Assembly (NCBI GenBank): GCA_902523885.1
Contig: CABZAV010000004.1
Span: forward strand, 52,761-116,760
Direction of reading: 5' to 3'
DNA: 64,000 nucleotides
Source of the DNA: an uncultured SAR86 cluster bacterium
GTDB lineage: Bacteria; Pseudomonadota; Gammaproteobacteria; Magnimaribacterales; AG-339-G14
The first letter of the stretch is position 1. Each line of letters opens with the position of its first letter. The position numbers were made by a program, and so were the translations under genes. The notes under the pieces were generated by a model. That model was not told the origin of the DNA and searched no databases. It was given only the letters and a program-made list of their open reading frames with translations. This document shows positions 30,011-37,609 of this stretch, piece by piece.

Positions 30011-30181
30011 ATGTTTGCCTTCTTGATACCTATTATTTGGTTTTTTATTTATATCGGAGTTTATCTTGCATGGGGGTCTTTCAAAAAAGACGAAGGCAAA
30101 AATGAAGATTTTAGTCTGTTTGTTTGTGCTCTGATTGCTTTTTCATTAACTTTTTTGACTATTCCCTTTCTTCCTAGTTAA
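30011..30181 (+). CDS. Unannotated 56-aa two-helix mini membrane protein
   Basis: Translated by hand: MFAFLIPIIWFFIYIGVYLAWGSFKKDEGKNEDFSLFVCALIAFSLTFLTIPFLPS. It starts 9 nt after the Sir2 stop and fills a 172-nt gap. Confidence 0.3.
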   Translation: MFAFLIPIIWFFIYIGVYLAWGSFKKDEGKNEDFSLFVCALIAFSLTFLTIPFLPS

Positions 30182-30728
30182 AAAGTACCAATAATAAAGC
30201 ATACGTACAGGCAAATAATCCAGCAGAAATTGCTTGTACATTTCTATCAATTTTTATTTCTTTTCCAAAAAAATCAATTTCAATAGGTGGGACACCATTT
30301 ACATCATTCAATTTTCCATCATACAAGGGCATAAATAACAAAGCGAAGACAAAGCTCAATAGCCAAATGTATAGCAGAACAATTGAAATAAAAATATTCA
30401 TTTGTGAAGGAATTATCCATAGCAAGAATAAAACAAAAAAACCCGTAACAGCCAACGCATTAACTTGCCATACCAAGTGAAATCTTGAGTGTCCAGTCCA
30501 TAGTGGATTGGTTGCATGAGATTCGTTGAAATCAATTAATGGTGCAATTAGTCCTAGACCTAAACAAATAGAAGAAAGGATGATGCTAGCTATGAAAATA
30601 TTATTGATCTCAGTAAAAAATACTGCCCAAAGGGACCAAAGAATAACTAAACCCGAGATTTTTCCAAATATACTTTGTGCTTTTAGAGCAAAAGCAAATA
30701 ATTTGCTTCTTTTCTGATGTTCCAACAT
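30174..30728 (-). CDS. Hypothetical polytopic membrane protein (last gene of the ring-cleavage operon)
   Basis: 184 aa with ~5 hydrophobic helices. One-nt overlap with the upstream FAH gene. Confidence 0.55.
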   Translation of the reverse strand: MLEHQKRSKLFAFALKAQSIFGKISGLVILWSLWAVFFTEINNIFIASIILSSICLGLGLIAPLIDFNESHATNPLWTGHSRFHLVWQVNALAVTGFFVLFLLWIIPSQMNIFISIVLLYIWLLSFVFALLFMPLYDGKLNDVNGVPPIEIDFFGKEIKIDRNVQAISAGLFACTYALLLVLFN

Positions 30729-31636
30729 TAGCTTTCTTCTTTGGGCATAAATCCTTTAAACATATCAGGAAGATAATCCGCTCTGGGATGATCAGAGACT
30801 CGAATACATTTGTTTTCCATTTCGCCTAATCCTTCTATAGATGTTATTAGTACGTCACCATCTTTCAGAAATATGCCCTGAGTAGCCCCAACTCCTGCAG
30901 GAGTTCCTGTCCAAATTGTATCTCCAGTTTTAAGAGTAACAATTCCTGATAAATAAGAGATAATTGTTGGAACATTAAAAATTAAATCGCTAGTGTTATC
31001 TTTTTGCATAGTTTTACCATTCAATTTGCACTCAAGATCAAGACAATCATAATTATTTAAAGAATCAGGAGATACTAAGTATGGACCCATCGGTCCAAAA
31101 GTATCAAAAGATTTACCAAGATTAAACATAGGTGGTTGTGTTGCGAACTGAGCAGGGCGATCTGAAATATCCTGCCCAATACACATGCCGGCAACATGCT
31201 CCCAGCCATTTTCTACTTTTATATCTTTTCCACCTTGACCAATAACCACAACTAATTCTGCTTCATAATCTACAAAATCACTTCGCAGTTCTACATTATC
31301 TTTTGGTCCGACGAAACAAGAGGTATGTTTTGTAAAAACCATTGGGACCTCAGGTATTTCCATGCCACCTTCTTCGGCATGACCTCTGTAATTTAAACCA
31401 ACGGCATAAGAATTTTTACTTGAAGGAACGGGATTACCTAACTTTATTTCAGATAATTTTCCTGATGGCGGAAAGTCAGTTAGTGAACTAGCTAGCTTTT
31501 TTAATTCTTCTATTGATTCTAGTGCTTGTACACTATCTGAACTGATTTTTCCTTCAGATAATTTTTCGACATCATAATAATTCTCGTCTTGTATTAAGAT
31601 TGCACGATTGTTTGTTGTACCAAGTTTAAAACTCAT
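30728..31636 (-). CDS. Fumarylacetoacetate hydrolase (FAH) family protein
   Basis: VGLNYRGHAEE, EAELVVVIG and GDTIWTGTPAGVG motifs of the FAH fold. Confidence 0.88.
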   Translation of the reverse strand: MSFKLGTTNNRAILIQDENYYDVEKLSEGKISSDSVQALESIEELKKLASSLTDFPPSGKLSEIKLGNPVPSSKNSYAVGLNYRGHAEEGGMEIPEVPMVFTKHTSCFVGPKDNVELRSDFVDYEAELVVVIGQGGKDIKVENGWEHVAGMCIGQDISDRPAQFATQPPMFNLGKSFDTFGPMGPYLVSPDSLNNYDCLDLECKLNGKTMQKDNTSDLIFNVPTIISYLSGIVTLKTGDTIWTGTPAGVGATQGIFLKDGDVLITSIEGLGEMENKCIRVSDHPRADYLPDMFKGFMPKEES

Positions 31637-31646
31637 AATTTCTCCT

Positions 31647-33173
31647 TTATTCTTTATTTAATCCTATTCTTGTTTTTAAATCTTCTATCAATTGAGAGAG
31701 AGATACTTCTTCACTTGTAGAGCCGTATATATATTTATCTGGTCTTATAAGATAAATCTTACCTTCTTCAATCATTGTTGACATCCACATATTAGATTCA
31801 ACTAATTCTTTATCTAAAACTAAAATTTTTGTATCAATAGATGAGAGATAATTTTCCTCTTCTTTGGATAAAACAATTTCATTTGTTGAAACCAAAGAAA
31901 AGTTGTCTCCTAGTAAATAATCACATCTTTCTTTTATTTTGTTTTCACTGAACTTAATTGGTTGAGGAAATAACTGTCCAGACATATATTTTTGATCTGA
32001 CTTTCCATTATAAAAAATACCTTCATTTAAAGGTGGAATTGCAAATGAACCATATCCTTTAGCAACTAGTTCAGCTGGTACATCATCTATATTTTTAGTA
32101 TGAGCATAAGCTTCCATCAATAAGCCAATACCTAAAGAGTTTTCAACTATATATCTTGCGTGATCTTTTCTCTCTATTTGATAATTTTTCAGGAGACTTT
32201 CTCCTAAATTATATTTGTAATCCATACCGATCTTCCAAGATAGATTTTCAGCATCACGACAACCAGTCATCATGCCTTCTCCCATGAAAGGAGGATTTTG
32301 ATGAGCCGCGTCGCCAATCAAATAACAATTATCCTTTTGAAATTCATTAGCTAAGACAGAATGAAATTGATAAATAGCTTTTCTTAGTATTTTATATTCT
32401 TCTGGCTTTAACCATGGAGAAAGTAGTTTTTTTATATTCTCATCCGAAGAAAATTCATCGATATTATCGTCATCGTGAATTTCAAATTCCCATCTTTTAA
32501 ATGGAGAATGAGTCGGGATAAATGTCCCGATTCTCTTGGGATCACAAATTTGGATCGCAAAATCTCCTAATTCCTTTTCTACTAGCAATTCAATATCTAT
32601 GATTATCCAATCTCTGTCATAATTTAAATCTTCTTGCTCAATTTTTTTTAATTCTCTAACTTTACTATTTGCTCCGTCAGCACCGATAAGATATCTGCAC
32701 TCTAGGTTTAAAACTTCATTTTTCTGAAGATCTGTAATTGCACATTTAGTTATTTGGCCAGCATCATCTATATTTGTTAATTCATGCTCAACAAATACGT
32801 CGCATTTAGAATTTAATAGTTTTTCTCTTATCTCTCTATCTGTATAAGGCTGATGAAAAAATTGCATAGGTGGCCATCCATTATGAGTATTCAAACCTTT
32901 CATAATCATCGGATCACCTATAAATTCTAAATTTTCATTAACGAATCCCGCACCTCCTGGGATATCGCTATTTCTTATATAAACTTCATCTAGACATAAA
33001 GATTGATGCATTCTCATACCTTGATCACTCATGCTGACAGCCCTAGGAAGAGGGTAAATATCCTTTTCTTTATCTATGGCTAAAACCTTCATTCCTTGCT
33101 GTTCCAACTTCAAAGCCATAAAACTTCCTACCGGGCCAAGACCTATTACTATTGCATCGTATCTAGATTCCAT
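31647..33173 (-). CDS. FAD-dependent aromatic-ring hydroxylase (MhpA/PheA-like group A flavin monooxygenase)
   Basis: GxGxxG (VIGLGPVGS), DG motif (IGADGANS) and GDAAHQNPPFMGEGMMTGCRDAENLSWK. 508 aa. Confidence 0.88.
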   Translation of the reverse strand: MESRYDAIVIGLGPVGSFMALKLEQQGMKVLAIDKEKDIYPLPRAVSMSDQGMRMHQSLCLDEVYIRNSDIPGGAGFVNENLEFIGDPMIMKGLNTHNGWPPMQFFHQPYTDREIREKLLNSKCDVFVEHELTNIDDAGQITKCAITDLQKNEVLNLECRYLIGADGANSKVRELKKIEQEDLNYDRDWIIIDIELLVEKELGDFAIQICDPKRIGTFIPTHSPFKRWEFEIHDDDNIDEFSSDENIKKLLSPWLKPEEYKILRKAIYQFHSVLANEFQKDNCYLIGDAAHQNPPFMGEGMMTGCRDAENLSWKIGMDYKYNLGESLLKNYQIERKDHARYIVENSLGIGLLMEAYAHTKNIDDVPAELVAKGYGSFAIPPLNEGIFYNGKSDQKYMSGQLFPQPIKFSENKIKERCDYLLGDNFSLVSTNEIVLSKEEENYLSSIDTKILVLDKELVESNMWMSTMIEEGKIYLIRPDKYIYGSTSEEVSLSQLIEDLKTRIGLNKE

Positions 33174-33176
33174 TCT

Positions 33177-34730
33177 TTATTTTAATTTTTTTACAAAATA
33201 GAAAATTATAAAAATTAATATAACAAATGCTATCAAATAATATTTGAATGCCTGTATTAAGATCCAAATACTAATAAGGATAGTGGCAATTAAAGATGGA
33301 GGATTGTTAAATTCATAATTTCCATCGAGCCAAGGGGATCCTAACTCAGTTCCTCCTTGCCTATCATCACCATATAAATATGCGTGAGCAGGATTCATAT
33401 CTCCTACTACATCTCTTTCCGGCAGAGAAGTAAGTACTTTTTTCATTTCTTCCAATATTTTCGGTTCAGATTTAGATAAATCATTTTTTTCAAAAGGATC
33501 TTCAATTATATTAAATAACTTATATGTTGGAGAAACTGAAAAAAGCTGAGGTTTAGATGAATAAAGTTTCCACTCATTGTTAAACAAAGCTCTTTCATCT
33601 GCTTGAATTCTTGCTCCAACGAAAGCATTTTTTGGTGAAATTATTTTATTATTTATTAAATTATTCCATTTATCTTTACCATCAAAATTATCTTTTTCAG
33701 CTAGCTTTGTTCCTGAGGCCGACAATAATGTAGGTAGTAAATCTTGCACAAAAATAAATTGATTTGATTTGGAATTTTCGAGAACTCCTTTCCACCAAAT
33801 TACAGCTGGTACTCTTATGCCTCCTTCCAGAGCAGAACCTTTGCTACCACTAAGATTTCCAGGACTACCTTTTGCGTTCAGTAAATTTGGGCCAATTACT
33901 CTAGCTATTGCGCTTGTATCAAAAACTGGTCCATTATCACTGAAAAAAATTATTATCGTTTCATCTAAGATTCCTTTTTTTTCGATGGCTTTTAAAATTC
34001 TTCCTATTTCGCTATCTAGTGAGCTGATATTTGCTGCGTACAATTGATCTCTTTTATCTTCAATGTGAGAAAAAGCTTCAATATTTTTCAAAGGAGCTTC
34101 TATTGGAGTATGTGGGGCATTAAAGGCTATGTATAAAAAAAGAGGGCGATCATTATCTTTTTCGTTAATGATATCGATTGCCTCAGAAGCAATTAATTCA
34201 GTGGAATAACCATCTTCTCTCAAGGGCTTTGCGTTTCTATGCCAATCTAATCTGCCTGACGCAGTATGATCAAAATAACCAATGCCACCAGACATGTGCC
34301 CATAACTTGTATCAAAACCACGATTGGTAGGCCAAAACTCTTCTTTGGCCATACCTAAATGCCATTTCCCTGATAGAGCAGTTTGGTATCCTGCTTCCTT
34401 AAAGTATTCAGGCATAATTTTTAATTCAGGCGGCATGCCTGTTTGTTCTGCGGCTGGATTCATAAAAGGTCTCACAACACCATGATTGAAAATATGTAAT
34501 CCAGTTAAGAGTGATGCTCTAGTCGGACTGCAAACAGGATTGGCATAAAATCTATTCAACTCTATTCCGTCCTCAGCAAGTTGATCAATATTAGGTGTTG
34601 GTATGAATCCACCATGATAAGAAACATCTCCCCAGCCTAAATCATCGGTTAATATGATTATTATATTAGGCTTATCGGTCGAAAATAAATTTATTGAACA
34701 CGTTAATAACGTGAATAATAAATACCGCAT
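33177..34730 (-). CDS. Cys-type arylsulfatase with C-terminal membrane anchor
   Basis: Signal peptide, formylglycine motif CSPTRASLLTG, GKWHLG and DNGP. The last ~45 aa are strongly hydrophobic (LIATILISIWILIQAFKYYLIAFVILIFIIFYF). Confidence 0.92.
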   Translation of the reverse strand: MRYLLFTLLTCSINLFSTDKPNIIIILTDDLGWGDVSYHGGFIPTPNIDQLAEDGIELNRFYANPVCSPTRASLLTGLHIFNHGVVRPFMNPAAEQTGMPPELKIMPEYFKEAGYQTALSGKWHLGMAKEEFWPTNRGFDTSYGHMSGGIGYFDHTASGRLDWHRNAKPLREDGYSTELIASEAIDIINEKDNDRPLFLYIAFNAPHTPIEAPLKNIEAFSHIEDKRDQLYAANISSLDSEIGRILKAIEKKGILDETIIIFFSDNGPVFDTSAIARVIGPNLLNAKGSPGNLSGSKGSALEGGIRVPAVIWWKGVLENSKSNQFIFVQDLLPTLLSASGTKLAEKDNFDGKDKWNNLINNKIISPKNAFVGARIQADERALFNNEWKLYSSKPQLFSVSPTYKLFNIIEDPFEKNDLSKSEPKILEEMKKVLTSLPERDVVGDMNPAHAYLYGDDRQGGTELGSPWLDGNYEFNNPPSLIATILISIWILIQAFKYYLIAFVILIFIIFYFVKKLK

Positions 34731-34763
34731 GTTGTTACCCTTTACTAGTTGAAAACAGTTAAT

Positions 34764-35774
34764 TTAGCCGTTTCTTCTATCACCAAAAGTAGCAAAATTA
34801 ATATCTGGCCCCCACTGAGAAGGGCCCGGCCCATCTGACTCTAAACCATCTTTGGTGACATCTACTTCATTTGGAGGAAAAGTATTATCAAAGTAATCTC
34901 CATCAGTTTGATGTTCATGTGTTTGCTTAAATGGACTTCTCCAGTAATCAAATACTTGCGCTCCTTGATAATGTCTTCCTACACCCCATTCTAATTCATA
35001 ATTAAATTCTTCTTTGTTTCTTTGTAAAATTTCATGACCCCTTAAGACATCATCTATTTGTAACATTTCAAAAGAAACGTGATTTAATCCAGGCTTTCCT
35101 TCAGATACCATAGGCGCAGGTAACCAAAAGATCGTATGATGATCGGCTGGTTCTAATCCTTTATCCAATCTCGCAAAAATACCCATCATTGGAGTATTGG
35201 GGTCTTTTGGATCTCCTGCAAAAAGTTTATCTGTTGCGATAATGCCTAAATGTTCGTTGTACCACTCAAGTGCTGCAGGAATATCATTTGAATTGATTCC
35301 GTAGTGACCAAATCTAACTATTGAGGGCGGCGCACCTTTAACATATCTTTTTCTTTCATTTATTCTATTTACTTGACCACCTTCATTACTGGATTGAGGC
35401 AGAAGAGTTTGATAATCATCTCTGTCCTTGATGCCAAAACATACTTCTACACCAATTCCATCTAAGTCTGCTCCTCTAGAGATAAAGCCTCCTCCCGGAG
35501 TTTTTAATTCTTCAACATCAGAAAAAGCGTCTGTTTTACTAATTTTTTCTAAATCTTCCATGGAAGAAGCTATGTAAGTTGCCCCTAGAAATTTCTTTTC
35601 GCCTTTTTTACAAACTTCTATAAATGGTTGTGGACCATCACCACGCATTATCAGAGCTTCTTCAGTTTTTTCAACTGTGTGCATTCCAAAATGCAATAAA
35701 AATTGTTCTTGGATATCTAAATCTGGACATTGCAACGTGCAATATTGAACTCCTATAGCTTTTATTACAGACAT
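34764..35774 (-). CDS. Two-domain VOC-superfamily extradiol ring-cleavage dioxygenase-like protein
   Basis: 336 aa. Pattern FGHYGIN ... LNHVSFEM ... GVGRHYQGAQVFDYWRSPF..HEH resembles type I extradiol dioxygenases (His, His, Glu ligands). Confidence 0.7.
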   Translation of the reverse strand: MSVIKAIGVQYCTLQCPDLDIQEQFLLHFGMHTVEKTEEALIMRGDGPQPFIEVCKKGEKKFLGATYIASSMEDLEKISKTDAFSDVEELKTPGGGFISRGADLDGIGVEVCFGIKDRDDYQTLLPQSSNEGGQVNRINERKRYVKGAPPSIVRFGHYGINSNDIPAALEWYNEHLGIIATDKLFAGDPKDPNTPMMGIFARLDKGLEPADHHTIFWLPAPMVSEGKPGLNHVSFEMLQIDDVLRGHEILQRNKEEFNYELEWGVGRHYQGAQVFDYWRSPFKQTHEHQTDGDYFDNTFPPNEVDVTKDGLESDGPGPSQWGPDINFATFGDRRNG

Positions 35775-36574
35775 TATTTTTCCTCCATTAATTTCAATAC
35801 TTCTTCTTTTACTTCCCCTCCAAAAGCACCCATCATTTGGACTAGTGATGAAGGAAGAAGATTAGTTACAGCTTTATCATAAAATTCTAAATTTCTAACT
35901 TTTTTATACCAATTATTAATTTTTGGTCTTTTATTTTCACTAAACGCTTCAAATAAAGATAAATGATCAAAACGAAGAATATAGGGAAGGGTACAAGCAT
36001 CAGCTAGACCAAATTTGTCTCCTGCTATCCACCCGCTATCCTCGATAATATTCTCTAAATTATCTAAAAGTTCTCCAGCTTTTTTCAATGAGTTAATTAC
36101 TATTGGTGCTTGAATACCTTTTTCCATTGTTTCTTTCCTTGCCTGTCTTTTTACAGGATCTGGAATGCTATCTAAATCTGCTTGTTTGTCTTCGTTAGAT
36201 TTATCCATTTGTAAACGCCTTACAGCAATTCCGTATGTAATAGGACCAGTATATTGTTGGAAATTATCAATTTGTTTCATCCATAGCCTAACTTTATGTA
36301 TGTCTTCTGGTGAAGAAGGTCTTGCGGGAATTTTAGGAAATGCATCATCCAAGTATTCAAGAATAAGATTTGATTCTATTAAAATACCGTTATCTGTAAC
36401 TAACGTAGGAACGACATGATTTGGGTTAAGTTTTACATATTCAGGATCATGTTGTTCTCCAGCCAGCAAATTAACTTCTTTAGATTCATAAGGAAGTTCT
36501 TTTAATTCTAAAATTAATCTTACTTTTTGAGAGCAAGTTGAAGGTCCATGGTGATAAAGGGTTAATGAGGTCAT
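35774..36574 (-). CDS. Glutathione S-transferase family protein (GDAP1-like N-terminus)
   Basis: LYHHGPSTCSQKVRLILELKELPYE...VPTLV..ESNLILEYL is a thioredoxin-like GST N-domain. 266 aa. Confidence 0.8.
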   Translation of the reverse strand: MTSLTLYHHGPSTCSQKVRLILELKELPYESKEVNLLAGEQHDPEYVKLNPNHVVPTLVTDNGILIESNLILEYLDDAFPKIPARPSSPEDIHKVRLWMKQIDNFQQYTGPITYGIAVRRLQMDKSNEDKQADLDSIPDPVKRQARKETMEKGIQAPIVINSLKKAGELLDNLENIIEDSGWIAGDKFGLADACTLPYILRFDHLSLFEAFSENKRPKINNWYKKVRNLEFYDKAVTNLLPSSLVQMMGAFGGEVKEEVLKLMEEK

Positions 36575-36594
36575 TTTTTTAATATATTACAAAC

Positions 36595-36609
36595 GTGACA
36601 TTATGTCAC
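36595..36609. promoter_or_regulatory. Perfect 6-3-6 palindrome GTGACA-TTA-TGTCAC (candidate operator, copy 1)
   Basis: Read directly. It sits in the 43-nt spacer between the SDR stop (36618) and the GST start (36574). Confidence 0.4.
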
Positions 36610-36617
36610 TTTAAATA

Positions 36618-37391
36618 CTATAAAAGTCCAGGTGCAGTTCCACCGTCTACTGTAATGCTTTGTCCATTTATAAAAGCAGCTTGTTTCGAACACAAAAAAG
36701 TGCAAATGCCTGAAAACTCCTCAACAGTTCCCATTCTCTTAGCAGCCAAACCATCCTCTACATTTTTTCTAGCCTCTTCATATGAGATTCCTGCTAAGTC
36801 TGCTTGAAAATTAATAATTCTTGTTTGGCGATCTGTGTCAATCCTTTCTGGCAGAAGACTATTTATAGTTACATATTTAGCAACGTCCTTTGATAACGCT
36901 TTAGAGAGACCATGCAGAGCAGAGCGCGCTGAAGTAGACAAACCCATTATCAAATGAGGATTTTTAACCATGGCCGAAGTAATGTTTACAATACGGCCAA
37001 ATTTTCTATCCATCATTCCGGGGATCACAGCTTGCATTAACAACGCAGACTGAGTGAAATTTGATTTAATTGCTCCAAGAAAATCTTCCTCGCTCCACTT
37101 GAAGAAATCTCCTGGAGGAGGGCCACCACTGTTATTTATGAGAATATCCGGATCTGGACAAGCCCTTAATAAATCTTCTCTTGTTGTTGAATCTTCCATT
37201 GGTCCTAAAATTGCAGTAACTTTATAACCCTTTTCATGAAATTCTTTTTCTGTTTTTATCAAATTTTCTTCTTGAATTCCATTGATATAGATTTCAACAC
37301 CCTCTATTGCTAAACTTTCAGCACAGGCTTTTCCTAGACCTCTACTTGAGGCACATACGATTGCTTTTTTATTTGAAATCCCTAAATCCAT
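36618..37391 (-). CDS. Short-chain dehydrogenase/reductase
   Basis: VCASSRGLGKA cofactor motif, NNSGGPPPG and the Ser..Tyr/Lys region. 257 aa. Confidence 0.88.
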   Translation of the reverse strand: MDLGISNKKAIVCASSRGLGKACAESLAIEGVEIYINGIQEENLIKTEKEFHEKGYKVTAILGPMEDSTTREDLLRACPDPDILINNSGGPPPGDFFKWSEEDFLGAIKSNFTQSALLMQAVIPGMMDRKFGRIVNITSAMVKNPHLIMGLSTSARSALHGLSKALSKDVAKYVTINSLLPERIDTDRQTRIINFQADLAGISYEEARKNVEDGLAAKRMGTVEEFSGICTFLCSKQAAFINGQSITVDGGTAPGLL

Positions 37392-37402
37392 TCTTAAATT
37401 TT

Positions 37403-37428
37403 TTGTAAATCTATTATGACATTTACAA
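37403..37428. promoter_or_regulatory. Inverted repeat TTGTAAAT-N10-ATTTACAA just upstream of the SDR start
   Basis: Perfect 8-bp arms read directly, 12-37 nt from the ATG at 37391. Confidence 0.3.
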
Positions 37429-37507
37429 ACACATAGTAATCATCTCTTTAAATAATCATAATAATAAAAATTGTTTACTTTTACTTGATAAAACCGTAAC
37501 CTAATCT

Positions 37508-37522
37508 GCGACATTTTGTCAC
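37508..37522. promoter_or_regulatory. Palindrome GCGACA-TTT-TGTCAC (candidate operator, copy 2)
   Basis: Same 6-3-6 architecture as 36595-36609, with 11 of 12 arm positions identical. It lies ~88 nt upstream of the receptor ATG at 37610. Confidence 0.4.
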
Positions 37523-37609
37523 ACTAATAAAAATTAATGTCCATTCTGTCTTGTCTTTTATAATTTTAAAAGATTTTTTAAAATAACTTATCTTTCGAGG
37601 GGGAAGGAT

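Noticed and set aside
21765-30200. tRNA-flanked genomic island or integrative element downstream of tRNA-Ala.
   Set aside because: I saw no integrase, excisionase, conjugation or phage gene, and no direct repeat of the tRNA 3' end. Only the milder 'recombination scar / variable region' reading is kept as a finding.
36595-36609. Reading the GTGACA-N3-TGTCAC palindromes as CRP sites.
   Set aside because: The CRP consensus TGTGA-N6-TCACA has 6 nt between GTGA and TCAC, and here there are 7. The flanking T/A of the consensus are also missing.
36595-36807. 70-aa plus-strand ORF starting with GTG inside the first palindrome and running antisense to the SDR gene.
   Set aside because: It lies entirely within the well-supported SDR coding region on the opposite strand, and there is no coding rationale.
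37451-37468. Fur-box-like run AATAAT-CATAAT-AATAAA upstream of the second TonB-dependent receptor.
   Set aside because: Three NATWAT hexamers are easily produced by chance in ~25% G+C intergenic DNA. The third hexamer is not inverted as in the classical 19-bp box, and the neighbouring genes are catabolic, not iron-related.
37392-37609. Possible riboswitch (cobalamin/TPP type) in the 218-nt leader region of the receptor gene.
   Set aside because: I could not identify conserved riboswitch core motifs or GC-rich helices. The region is almost pure A/T apart from the palindromes.
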